64,000 nt of DNA from a virus (taxonomy: Duplodnaviria > Caudoviricetes): the IMG/VR virus record IMGVR_UViG_3300037418_000840. The stretch is one strand, 5' to 3'. Shown here piece after piece: positions 28,775 through 37,815 of the stretch (within the stretch, counting starts at the first letter, position 1; the number at the start of each line of letters is the position of its first letter). The notes under the pieces were generated by a model. That model saw only the letters and a program-made list of their open reading frames with translations. It was not told the origin of the DNA and ran no database searches. A program made the position numbers and the translations under genes.

Positions 28775-30913
28775 TTAGAAGGTTCCGGCGTTGAACACCA
28801 CGTTGTTGAAGTTGATGGTGATCTTCTTCCAGAAACCGTTGACGCACACCGCGAGATCACCAATATCCCACTGAGTCCATCCATCCAGATTGGTGGTCCC
28901 TGCTGCGATCACCTCATAGACACAACCTTCAGCAGTTACCGTCTGGTAATCAGGATTGGTGAGCCCGGCACGACCGTTGCCTCCATAGGAGATATCAATC
29001 GTCTGCTGTCCGTTCGCCAACAACGACGTGTTCGTATCGACGGTCGAATTCGACGTGTGGCTCTGAATCACGTGATTGGCCGCCGCATCCCACTTGCCCG
29101 CCGTCCACCAGACACCGAGCGTGTTCTCCCAGAAACGCATACGTCCGTAGACAAACGGATCTGTGGCCGGAACTGCGGGTCCAGGTGTAGCGTCCAATTC
29201 GGGGACACCACCGGCGGCATCCAACTGAGACGTGGCAACTGCATTCACATCCGATGCTGACAAGATGATGAATTGATTGGTCTTGCCGTTCACCGATTGG
29301 ATCTGCGTCGACAGCAGGCCACCCGATGTCACGTTAAGACCAGCCCCTACGATGATGACCCCTGGAGTGGTGGTCGTCGCATAGGGCTGAGCCGCACTGG
29401 TTTGGAACTGAGCCCAGGTGCTCCACGTGTTTGACGACTGCGTGTAACGACGGAGGAACAGTGCGCCAGCCTGAGTGTAACGTTGAATCACGTCACCACC
29501 AGATGCTGTGGTGGTGAACGGCTCGATGTCCAACACGCCGCCAGCCGTGGTATTCGGTGCGTTCAAGAACGACGAAGCATCCGTGTCCAAACCGAAGAAG
29601 ATACCGGTTGTCGTCAACGTGTTGAAGTCGGTCCCGTTGGCGATCTTCGTTGGATTGATAAGGCCGATCGTCGGTATCGTGATAGTTACGTTACCCGTTC
29701 CATCTGGAGTAGCGCCGTTCACCGATTTGACCGGCAAGAACCCGAGATCGATCGTACCATCACCTGCGATCGTCAGATTACTGTCCGACGGTGCCTTGAC
29801 TCCACCGAGTGTTGTCGTATTGGCGATGGGCAACGTGTACGGTATCGGCTTGTTTGACAGATCGTTGTAGTTCCCGGACAAGGCAACGGTAGCCAAGCCC
29901 GTGATGTCACTCGCAGTCAGTACGACGTTACCAGTCTTACCGTTGACCGACAGCACTGGATACGACGTGTTTGCAACGTTGAGTGTTCCATCAGCAGTCA
30001 CACTCAACGTGGCCCCAACCTTGATGCCACCCAACTGAGTCGCCGAAGCGATCGGCAGATTCGGGATCGTGGTCGACAATGCCTGACGGCCGAAGACGAT
30101 GAACTTGTCTCCAACGATCGGGGTCATCATCAATGGATTGTCAAAGCCCAGCGTGTACTGGTTTCCGACTTGAACCACTGACGACACGTAGCGGCATGTT
30201 CCGTACAGAGCACCTGTCGAGAACTCGAGGATGACTTCGCCAGTGTACTGAGGAGTCATCCCTGGAACATAGTCTGCGGCCGCAATGGTCACCGACTGAC
30301 TATCGAACGCAACGATCGTGGCCGTCGCTTGATTCGCGTACGCATAGGCACTGAAGTTCCACAGACCCTGACGATCAGTGAAGGCCTGAAATGCTGATTG
30401 GCCCGCACCTGCACCCGAGATGACGTATGCGTTGGGCACCGCGTTCTGTGGACTCGGCAGTTGATCGGGAGACCCAAGGACCGCCATGCGGAACGAATTG
30501 TTGGATTCAGCGAGATCCAGCCACATGTCGTAGTTGGTGCCAACCATCGACAGGTAGAGATCAACACGAATGCTATTACCAGCGTTCAATGCTGTGACTG
30601 GCAACTTCTGGAGCAGGTCGTTCCACGCAGCGAGCGCAAACAGGGTGCCGTCTGAAGTAAATAGACCAAGCTCCCCGAAGGTGTATGGACCCGTCGCGTA
30701 GTCGAGGTAGACGCTGTACTTGACGATGTTGGCCGACTGTGCGACCGGAACCGACGGCGCACCCTGGAGGACCAGTGTCCCGTGGATATTTGTGTCGGTC
30801 GGGCTCGGCGTGTAGTTGTAGTCTGAACCGAGTTTGTAGGTGCTGAGTGTGATTGGGCCAGTGTTACCGTTGAGGAGTGCTGCCCCGGCGTTTGTGAGTT
30901 GAACGATCGCCAT
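28775..30913 (-). CDS. Second baseplate-anchored tail fibre (gpH / DUF3751-like N-terminus)
   Basis: QLTNAGAALL and YTFGELGLFTSDGTLFA; VLSVNGKTG and TTTLGGVK repeats; DFNTLTTTGIF knob motif. Confidence 0.8.
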   Translation of the reverse strand: MAIVQLTNAGAALLNGNTGPITLSTYKLGSDYNYTPSPTDTNIHGTLVLQGAPSVPVAQSANIVKYSVYLDYATGPYTFGELGLFTSDGTLFALAAWNDLLQKLPVTALNAGNSIRVDLYLSMVGTNYDMWLDLAESNNSFRMAVLGSPDQLPSPQNAVPNAYVISGAGAGQSAFQAFTDRQGLWNFSAYAYANQATATIVAFDSQSVTIAAADYVPGMTPQYTGEVILEFSTGALYGTCRYVSSVVQVGNQYTLGFDNPLMMTPIVGDKFIVFGRQALSTTIPNLPIASATQLGGIKVGATLSVTADGTLNVANTSYPVLSVNGKTGNVVLTASDITGLATVALSGNYNDLSNKPIPYTLPIANTTTLGGVKAPSDSNLTIAGDGTIDLGFLPVKSVNGATPDGTGNVTITIPTIGLINPTKIANGTDFNTLTTTGIFFGLDTDASSFLNAPNTTAGGVLDIEPFTTTASGGDVIQRYTQAGALFLRRYTQSSNTWSTWAQFQTSAAQPYATTTTPGVIIVGAGLNVTSGGLLSTQIQSVNGKTNQFIILSASDVNAVATSQLDAAGGVPELDATPGPAVPATDPFVYGRMRFWENTLGVWWTAGKWDAAANHVIQSHTSNSTVDTNTSLLANGQQTIDISYGGNGRAGLTNPDYQTVTAEGCVYEVIAAGTTNLDGWTQWDIGDLAVCVNGFWKKITINFNNVVFNAGTF

Positions 30914-31032
30914 TTCGGTTCCTTGTCATTGACCTAAGGCCGTTTGTATGAAATCATGACATCGTGCGATGTCCTACACTAAAATTGTGAGACTCCAGAA
31001 AACTGACTGGAATAATTTGACATCGAGGCCAG

Positions 31033-32001
31033 TTGTTTATCTTGAAAAATCAGCTATTAGGATCGTCACGCCCGATGGAAATTCTCCGCCCCCTCTCCAA
31101 ACATTCGATCACATCCGACTTCGTTCAGCTGTATCAGCACGCGATGGAACACCAACTCGTCGTGTCGAAATCGGATCCATCGCGCGTTCTCTTTCTACGC
31201 CCGTCGCAGATGCCGTTCTGCGCTGTCCAGTTCTTTGTCAATCGTGCACTGAATGGAATGTACGTCAATCTAGACATGGCGGGCACCTACTACACTTCGG
31301 TTGGGACTACGGTTCACGAGGTGATGCAGAACTTCTTATGTCGCAGCGGTCGCTTCCTTGCCGACTATCATTGTCGTGAATGTGGGACTTGGCACCGGAT
31401 GTCGTACAAACACAAATGCTGCGGATTCCCTGCTGCGTACTACGAAGTGAAGATCGACTACAAGGGCATCAAGGGTCACATCGATGCGGTCTATAAAGAC
31501 AAAGAAGGTCGGCTGTGGATTCTCGACTTCAAGACCACGTCGATCAAGGGTGCTGCGTCCAAGAAACGAAATCCGGGCATCGTCTATATCGAACAGATCG
31601 AGACCTACGCGGTGTTGTTCGAGCTCCAATACGGGATGCGCATCGAAGGCATCATGGACGCGTTCATCATGCGGGACAATCCGAAGAACGACCCCGCAGT
31701 ATGGGCACGTCCCCTCACTGATCTGATGCGCAAGCAGGTCCGTCGTCGTCTGTCCCAGTACAAGAAGGCGCATCGTGCGGCTCTCGACGCGGCAACACGT
31801 CAAGAAGCGTTGGACCTCAGGGCCTTTGGTCGCTGCAAGAACCCCGATTGCAAATACTGCAAGATGTCGGCACCGGTCCTCAAGTCAACGATTGTCCACG
31901 CTTACAAGTTGGGACAGAAATCGGGACGATTGCCACTACGCGCTATGGCCGAACGTGAACTAGCCAAGCGTGCGCGACTCGATCAACGGCGTGCGGCTTA
32001 G
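31033..32001 (+). CDS. Cas4-like PD-(D/E)xK exonuclease with a putative Fe-S cluster
   Basis: RPSQMPFC (first Cys), GTTVHE, GHID, DFK, QIETY, C-terminal CKNPDCKYC, and an inserted CRECG...CCG. The start codon is uncertain. Confidence 0.8.
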   Translation: MFILKNQLLGSSRPMEILRPLSKHSITSDFVQLYQHAMEHQLVVSKSDPSRVLFLRPSQMPFCAVQFFVNRALNGMYVNLDMAGTYYTSVGTTVHEVMQNFLCRSGRFLADYHCRECGTWHRMSYKHKCCGFPAAYYEVKIDYKGIKGHIDAVYKDKEGRLWILDFKTTSIKGAASKKRNPGIVYIEQIETYAVLFELQYGMRIEGIMDAFIMRDNPKNDPAVWARPLTDLMRKQVRRRLSQYKKAHRAALDAATRQEALDLRAFGRCKNPDCKYCKMSAPVLKSTIVHAYKLGQKSGRLPLRAMAERELAKRARLDQRRAA

Positions 32002-32031
32002 CCCAAGGCTAGTAAATAAAGGAGTGAAGGT

Positions 32032-32238
32032 ATGCGTTTAGAAGAGTTCATCGCCGACCAAAAGCAGATGCTCGATGACTTCGCCCATATGTACGAGGAG
32101 CGATTCAAGAAAGGGAAAGAGCGCACCAAGTTCCACCCCGAGCCCGAATGGAAGGCACGACTCGCCACGTTTAAGGAGCGTTACGATGGTCAACCCGAAG
32201 CCCCGATCCACGAGCAGGACGGGCAGCAAGCAGCCTAA
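32032..32238 (+). CDS. Hypothetical small charged protein
   Basis: AAGGAG/GAAGG RBS, downstream of GTAAATA. Confidence 0.6.
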   Translation: MRLEEFIADQKQMLDDFAHMYEERFKKGKERTKFHPEPEWKARLATFKERYDGQPEAPIHEQDGQQAA

Positions 32239-32464
32239 GACAGTGACCGTAACTGTGTCGAAGACCACGCAGGTCCCACAGTTCGAACCTCTGGTGGTCA
32301 CCATAAGTCAAACGTTCGACGTCGAAGACGGTGAAAGCGCGCGTGACATTCGTGACGAAGCCCTTAGGTCTATGGGCTTGTCGGTCAAGCGTGCGATTGC
32401 CGAACAGACCGAACTCTACCTGAAGCGCATCGGCGCCAACAAGAAACGTAACCGCGAAGACTGA
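32186..32464 (+). CDS. Hypothetical protein
   Basis: ATG at 32186 preceded by AAGGAG; ends 2 nt before the DnaX-like gene. Confidence 0.55.
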   Translation: MVNPKPRSTSRTGSKQPKTVTVTVSKTTQVPQFEPLVVTISQTFDVEDGESARDIRDEALRSMGLSVKRAIAEQTELYLKRIGANKKRNRED

Positions 32465-32466
32465 CA

Positions 32467-33609
32467 ATGGCACTCGCTAAGAAATCGGTCAAGAAGACCA
32501 CAACTCCCACAGAAGAAGAGAACACCCTGTACAACAAGTACAGACCAACGACGTTGGATCGAATCATCGGCCACGAAGCTGCGGTCACCCGCCTTCGTGG
32601 CATGATCAAATCGGGTAAGGTTCCCAATGCGATCGCCATCTTCGGCCCGACCAGTGTCGGTAAGACAACGCTGGCTCGCGCATTTGCCGCTGACGTGAAT
32701 GGCAAGCCGGCTCTGCGGCAGATGGATTACAAGGAAGTCAACGCTGCTACCCAGAAGGGTATCGACGACATGCGTGATTTGGAGCGGTTATCCAAGTTCC
32801 GTCCTCAAGGCAATCGCCGATTCCTTGCCATCGACGAAAGTCAGATGCTGCTCACGAACGCGCAGGCGGTCAACGCGTTGCTCAAACCGTTGGAAGAACC
32901 GTCGAAACGTACGACGTGGCTCATCCTGTCGATGGAACCCACGAAGTTCAAATCGACGGAGCATGGACGTGCGATCTTGAATCGCTGTACGCAGATCGTT
33001 CTACAACCGCATACGGAAGCTGACCTGATGAAACAGGCACTCCGTATCGCTAAGGGCGAACGAATGACGTACGTGTTGGACGAGCAGCGGCGAATAATCA
33101 AGCAGGTAGTGCAGAACGCTGGCGGGGAAATGCGAACTCTCGCCAACTTGATGGGGACCCTTCAGCAATACTACGAGGGTCTCGAAAAGAAGCCCAAGCT
33201 GTTGAAGACCGAGCACATAGGCGACGTGTTGTCGACCACCGACGCGGCGGATGATGCGCTGGCCGTTCGTGTGATGATCGGCGTCTATACGCTTCAGTAC
33301 AAGCAAGTGGTTAGGGCACTGCTCGAGGTCCAGGACCCGTTCATGTTCCTCAAACGTTTGCAGTGGATATCAGCCTTCATGCTGAACAACGCGGCTCTTG
33401 AAGGGGCCAAGCATCGGAAGGTCTGGTGGACACCGGCGCACCGTGAAGTCCACGCCAAGACTAAGGAATCGGCTCTCACACTTGCAACGCTAGCTCGTGT
33501 CAACGCGTCACTCGTACGTTGTCAAACGACGGCGGGCGCGTTCCAGACACCGGCCACCGACTTGCTGGCCGCCGAACTGTACTTCCTCATGCAGGATTTA
33601 CGAAAATGA
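32467..33609 (+). CDS. dnaX: Clamp-loader AAA+ subunit, DnaX (gamma/tau)-like
   Basis: LYNKYRP...IIGHE, Walker A GPTSVGKT, EVNAA..GIDDMR, Walker B IDES, NALLKPLEEP, sensor NRC. Confidence 0.85.
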   Translation: MALAKKSVKKTTTPTEEENTLYNKYRPTTLDRIIGHEAAVTRLRGMIKSGKVPNAIAIFGPTSVGKTTLARAFAADVNGKPALRQMDYKEVNAATQKGIDDMRDLERLSKFRPQGNRRFLAIDESQMLLTNAQAVNALLKPLEEPSKRTTWLILSMEPTKFKSTEHGRAILNRCTQIVLQPHTEADLMKQALRIAKGERMTYVLDEQRRIIKQVVQNAGGEMRTLANLMGTLQQYYEGLEKKPKLLKTEHIGDVLSTTDAADDALAVRVMIGVYTLQYKQVVRALLEVQDPFMFLKRLQWISAFMLNNAALEGAKHRKVWWTPAHREVHAKTKESALTLATLARVNASLVRCQTTAGAFQTPATDLLAAELYFLMQDLRK

Positions 33610-34007
33610 CAGTCTACAAGGTGGACGTGTTCCGTGATTCGGATAGTCAAATCGTAGCCGTCTGTTCCAAGCTCAACAATCGATGGACCAGTCATCTAGC
33701 CTATCAGGTAGAGGCTGCGGCATTAAATCTCTATCGTGCTAATCCGGTGACACTGCCTAGAACTGTCGAAGTTGAAGTCGAGATCAAGGCCAAGTGGATT
33801 GACTTGCCGGATCTAACGACTGCAGTAATGCTTCTCAGTGCGGCTGGTTCATCAGGTGATGTCGGAGCCATCACGCTGGCCGCGCAACTCGCGGGCTGCG
33901 CACCATGTCCGTCGTGTGGTTATGTCAACTATCACTGCAAATGTGGAGACCAGAATGGGACGTCGTCTGCATCAGGATCCGGACACCCGGATCAAACGGG
34001 TTCATGA
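33606..34007 (+). CDS. Hypothetical protein with a C-terminal Cys/His cluster
   Basis: ATGA overlap with the dnaX stop; CPSCGYVNYHCKC. Confidence 0.55.
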   Translation: MTVYKVDVFRDSDSQIVAVCSKLNNRWTSHLAYQVEAAALNLYRANPVTLPRTVEVEVEIKAKWIDLPDLTTAVMLLSAAGSSGDVGAITLAAQLAGCAPCPSCGYVNYHCKCGDQNGTSSASGSGHPDQTGS

Positions 34008-34320
34008 ACTCAAGACCCTCCGCTTGTTTGTGACCCAGCACATAGCCGAGCAGAAGAGTTACGAGATTCGATTCAATGATCGTGACTTCCAACCGCACGA
34101 CGACTTGTTGTTGAGGGCCATCAGCGTCGGTGACGACCAGTCGATTGCCTATACAGGTGAATGGGTGTTCTGCCATGTGCAATCTATCCTTACCGATACG
34201 CAGTTCGGCATGCGTGACGGATTTGTCATCATGAGCACTCGTAAGATCGTCCACGGGTATGCCGATGACTGGAAGATCTATCCGAATATCAAGAACCATA
34301 TCTTGCTGAAACAAGTATGA
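33955..34320 (+). CDS. DUF3850 / ASCH (PUA-like) domain protein
   Basis: HELK......F......K.YEIR.NDRDFQ..D.L.L...YTG motif; GGAG RBS before ATG 33955. Confidence 0.75.
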   Translation: MGRRLHQDPDTRIKRVHELKTLRLFVTQHIAEQKSYEIRFNDRDFQPHDDLLLRAISVGDDQSIAYTGEWVFCHVQSILTDTQFGMRDGFVIMSTRKIVHGYADDWKIYPNIKNHILLKQV

Positions 34321-36587
34321 ACATCGTACACTCGATCGGCCTGAAAGGCGTTTCGCCCTTCAAGGAAGTGCAGTTCAAAGTCCCACAAGGCATCAGCGTA
34401 ATCTACGGGCTGAATCGTGCGTCGGGCAAAGCCAGCAAGAACAGCAATGGAGTCGGCAAGTCGTATCTCATGTCGACTCCTGCTGAAATCATCTACGAAG
34501 AACCGGTCGTCGGCGAAAAGAAAGATGCGACGAAACGTGGTGTCCGTGCCTTCTCCTTTACGAACGCACACGGCAAGCGCGTGCTTGTCAAGCGGACAGC
34601 CCGTGGTCGCAGCGATAAGTTAGAAATCTCAGTCGACGGCGAACCCAAACAGTTCCGGACCCCCACCTACGCCAAAGCCTATCTACGGAAGGCGTGGCCC
34701 ATCACCCAAGAAGAGTACAACACCTACGTCCACATAGATTCGCGAGTGGCCCATCCTCTGGTTATGGGTACATCCGCGCAACGGAAGGCATTCTTCACAT
34801 CGTTCTTCCGCTTGGATACGATTGACGCCGAACGCAAACTCTATGTGGCAGAGCTCAATCGCTTGATGAAGGTCAAGGCTGCGTTCGACGAACTACGCGC
34901 GGCATACACTAAGGCTAAGGACGATTTGCTTAGTGACGATACGTACATCAAGTATCGTAGTCGACGCAAGCTCCTGAAGACTGAACTGCGTGATCTCCAG
35001 ATCGAGTTTGAACGTGTTCAGGAAACGGTACGTCTCGTAGCCTTTGCTAGATCCGCCAAGGATCAGATCGCGAAACTGGCTCGCATATGCGGTGGCCCCA
35101 TAACTGAAGAAGAGTTCGAGCGACTCGAGAAGGCAAACGCCTGGGAAATGAAGAAGGTGGCGGCCGATATCGAGGACGCTGAGGCATGGGAGCAGTATCA
35201 ACGAGACAACGCGCATTACATAAAAGCCTTCGATCGCCTGCCAGAAAAGACACGGGAACTGCTTAAAGAACGTGGTATGAAGGCCCTCCTGGCTGAGACC
35301 AAGAGTGCGACTCGGCGTCACCGTGAATTGGCAGCCGAAGTCGAACTCCTGGCTACCAGTATCGAGGACCTGGAGCACCAAGTCACGCGTTTGAAGGACG
35401 CAACTGCTGAGCGACCCAACCGACCAGAAGGCAACGTCGCGGATATGAAGGTTGCGCTCGCGGCCTATCAACATCAGCTGGACCACGCGGAGCAGTTCAA
35501 AGAGGGTCGCTGCGAAACGTGTGGTCAGATGGTGAAGATCAAAAACCCAAAGGTCTTGCGTGAACGGATCGCGGCCCTGACTCAACAGATCAATGATCAT
35601 CGTGAATGGCAGGATTGGGTGGCCGCACGTCGTGAACTGAAAGACGTAAGGACACGGCTAGACACTGAGTTGAAGGTCCGTCAGAAGAAGGCTAATCGAG
35701 TAATGGCTAAGGTAGCTGATCTGGCTGTTCACTACGATCACCTGAAAGACTTGCCGTCCAAGCCCCGGCCTTTCGAAGGGAAGAAGCTCCAGCTAGTAGT
35801 GCTTCGTCGCATGATGGACGAACTGCGTGACAACCGTGCTCTGCTGGACTTCATGCGGCCGCACTTGGATACGGTGATCGAGGTTCAGCAACTGACCAAA
35901 GCTGATGTGAAGAAAGCCGAAGTCGCAACGTCATTGACCGACAAGATGAACATGGTTCAGGACCGCTTGGCTCAGATTCAGGCCAAGCTCGAAATCCATG
36001 ACACGATGCGGACGCGCGTGCTCGAAATGCGGGACCGGCTAATCGAGATGAAACGCGAGCTCAAGGACATCGAACCCCTGAAGATCTTGGTCCAGGGTTT
36101 CCAAGACAAGAACTTGAAGAAGATGGCTATCGAAGCCATTGGTCAGCGATTGATGGGCATGGTCAACAAGATCGCGCTCCCTGTCTTTCCTGAAAACTTT
36201 ACCTTCGAGTTCAAGTGGGATACGCAGATTCAGCTGATCGTCCACCGTAAGAACGGAGAGCCGTCAGATGTTCGCCGCCTTTCTGGCGCTGAGTCTACGA
36301 TCTTCACGCTTGTTCTTGTAGGGGCGCTGCTTGCCTTTGTCCCGTCGAACAAGCGATGTTCGATGCTTATTCTGGACGAGCCGTCCGCACGTATGCACCC
36401 AGAGACAACAGAATTGTTCAAGAAGGTGTTGGCCGTCTTGAACAAGATCATACCGTCAATCGTTGTGATCACGCCCCGGAGCCAAGAAGTGTACGACGGA
36501 GCTAGGGCATTCACTGTTGTTAAGGACCACAAGGGTGTGGCTCGTCTTGTCGACGGCTACCCGCATCAAGTAGCAGTCAAACATTAG
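34317..36587 (+). CDS. sbcC: Rad50/SbcC (T4 gp46-like) SMC ATPase
   Basis: Walker A SNGVGKS, long coiled coils, CETC zinc hook, signature LSGAE, Walker B LILDEP. Confidence 0.9.
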   Translation: MNIVHSIGLKGVSPFKEVQFKVPQGISVIYGLNRASGKASKNSNGVGKSYLMSTPAEIIYEEPVVGEKKDATKRGVRAFSFTNAHGKRVLVKRTARGRSDKLEISVDGEPKQFRTPTYAKAYLRKAWPITQEEYNTYVHIDSRVAHPLVMGTSAQRKAFFTSFFRLDTIDAERKLYVAELNRLMKVKAAFDELRAAYTKAKDDLLSDDTYIKYRSRRKLLKTELRDLQIEFERVQETVRLVAFARSAKDQIAKLARICGGPITEEEFERLEKANAWEMKKVAADIEDAEAWEQYQRDNAHYIKAFDRLPEKTRELLKERGMKALLAETKSATRRHRELAAEVELLATSIEDLEHQVTRLKDATAERPNRPEGNVADMKVALAAYQHQLDHAEQFKEGRCETCGQMVKIKNPKVLRERIAALTQQINDHREWQDWVAARRELKDVRTRLDTELKVRQKKANRVMAKVADLAVHYDHLKDLPSKPRPFEGKKLQLVVLRRMMDELRDNRALLDFMRPHLDTVIEVQQLTKADVKKAEVATSLTDKMNMVQDRLAQIQAKLEIHDTMRTRVLEMRDRLIEMKRELKDIEPLKILVQGFQDKNLKKMAIEAIGQRLMGMVNKIALPVFPENFTFEFKWDTQIQLIVHRKNGEPSDVRRLSGAESTIFTLVLVGALLAFVPSNKRCSMLILDEPSARMHPETTELFKKVLAVLNKIIPSIVVITPRSQEVYDGARAFTVVKDHKGVARLVDGYPHQVAVKH

Positions 36588-36612
36588 TGGTATAGACTTA
36601 GAAGAGGAACTT

Positions 36613-37353
36613 ATGACCAATAACGTAATCGGGGCGTTCGGTATCGTTGACTTGTCTCCCATTCAAGTGTCGAACATGCTGAGGGCCCTCAATGTCAGTC
36701 ATACTTACATCGGGGTCCACGCCAAATCTAAACGAGCGTCGATAGTTGACGTTTGTGGAACGGCTAAAGAGCAGCCGGCATGGCCTGTGGTGGTCGATCG
36801 TCTATCGTCAATCAAACGACTACGCACCAACCGCCAGCGTTTGATCTACTTGATTATCGACAGCCGTGCTGCGCTGTCGATCAGCAATGCGAATCAAGCA
36901 CTCTGGCCCGAGAATCGCGGTAGTCTACGATTCGATCAGTCCTTGAGACTGGCGTTGATGTCGGCCAGCAAACGAGGGGAACCGTTTGCCTTGATACAGA
37001 CCGAACCGTCGATCTCCGATTACGTGAACGCGGCAACCAAGCCGGTGTTCCTCAATCATGTACAGACCGCCATCTACAAGATCGCGCCCTACACGTTGCA
37101 GAAAGAAGTCCGCAGTCTCAGCGTGGCCTATCTTGCAGGTGCAGCTTCACTGACGGTCCTGAAGCGCAAGCTCAAAACGAGTTTCAAGCTCGAAGAACTG
37201 TCGGCCTTGATGCTGTCTGACAGGGCACGAGCGTTGCGCGACGCGGTGGCTCAGTCGCGAAACACGCCGGTCGAACAAGTCGCAAAAACAGGCGGCTTCG
37301 AGCCCTTCGAAATCAATTACGTCATTAACTCCTACGCTCGTAACCAAAAGTAG
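36613..37353 (+). CDS. Hypothetical protein in the replication cluster
   Basis: GAGGA RBS; 246 aa; no motif that I recognise with confidence. Confidence 0.6.
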   Translation: MTNNVIGAFGIVDLSPIQVSNMLRALNVSHTYIGVHAKSKRASIVDVCGTAKEQPAWPVVVDRLSSIKRLRTNRQRLIYLIIDSRAALSISNANQALWPENRGSLRFDQSLRLALMSASKRGEPFALIQTEPSISDYVNAATKPVFLNHVQTAIYKIAPYTLQKEVRSLSVAYLAGAASLTVLKRKLKTSFKLEELSALMLSDRARALRDAVAQSRNTPVEQVAKTGGFEPFEINYVINSYARNQK

Positions 37354-37420
37354 GTCTCTAAATTTGATAGGGCAGCATCGGGTTGCGATCAGAGACCAAT
37401 ATCCTTAGGGGTTAAGAGCA

Positions 37421-37804
37421 ATGGCATCTTTCATTCGTCTGTATCTCGTTCCACGGAACGGTGCCCAACAGGTTATCGACGTCGATGCGACAGACTTAGT
37501 TCTGTCTCGGGGCGACTTCGTACCTCCTCAAACGGCACAATCGGTGACATTGATCGGCGCGTCCTTTACATCGGACTTCACGCCGTTCGCTTACAGTCCG
37601 GTACCTCCAGGTGGGTTGAGTTTGACCAATACCCAGCAGGAAGAATATCGAGTCTCTTGGCGAGAACCGGTTGGTACAGATAGCTTCCCGAACCAGGAAC
37701 TCATCGCCGCAATTGATCCCTCTGGCGGTCAGTGCGTGTGCGGCATCACTTGTCGGGGTAACGAGGTGGCCTATGTACAGGTCCAGAATGTTACCCCAAT
37801 CTAA
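37421..37804 (+). CDS. Hypothetical protein
   Basis: Clean ORF downstream of a TAAATTTGA motif. Confidence 0.55.
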   Translation: MASFIRLYLVPRNGAQQVIDVDATDLVLSRGDFVPPQTAQSVTLIGASFTSDFTPFAYSPVPPGGLSLTNTQQEEYRVSWREPVGTDSFPNQELIAAIDPSGGQCVCGITCRGNEVAYVQVQNVTPI

Positions 37805-37815
37805 AGGAGCATGAG

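Noticed and set aside
30969-31379. 136-aa ORF overlapping the Cas4-like gene in another frame
   Set aside because: No motif and no clear RBS; the overlapping frame carries all the nuclease motifs. No slippery site linking the frames was identified.
31033-32001. CRISPR-Cas locus around the Cas4-like gene
   Set aside because: No repeat-spacer array, cas1 or cas2 in the window; all repeats found lie inside coding sequence.
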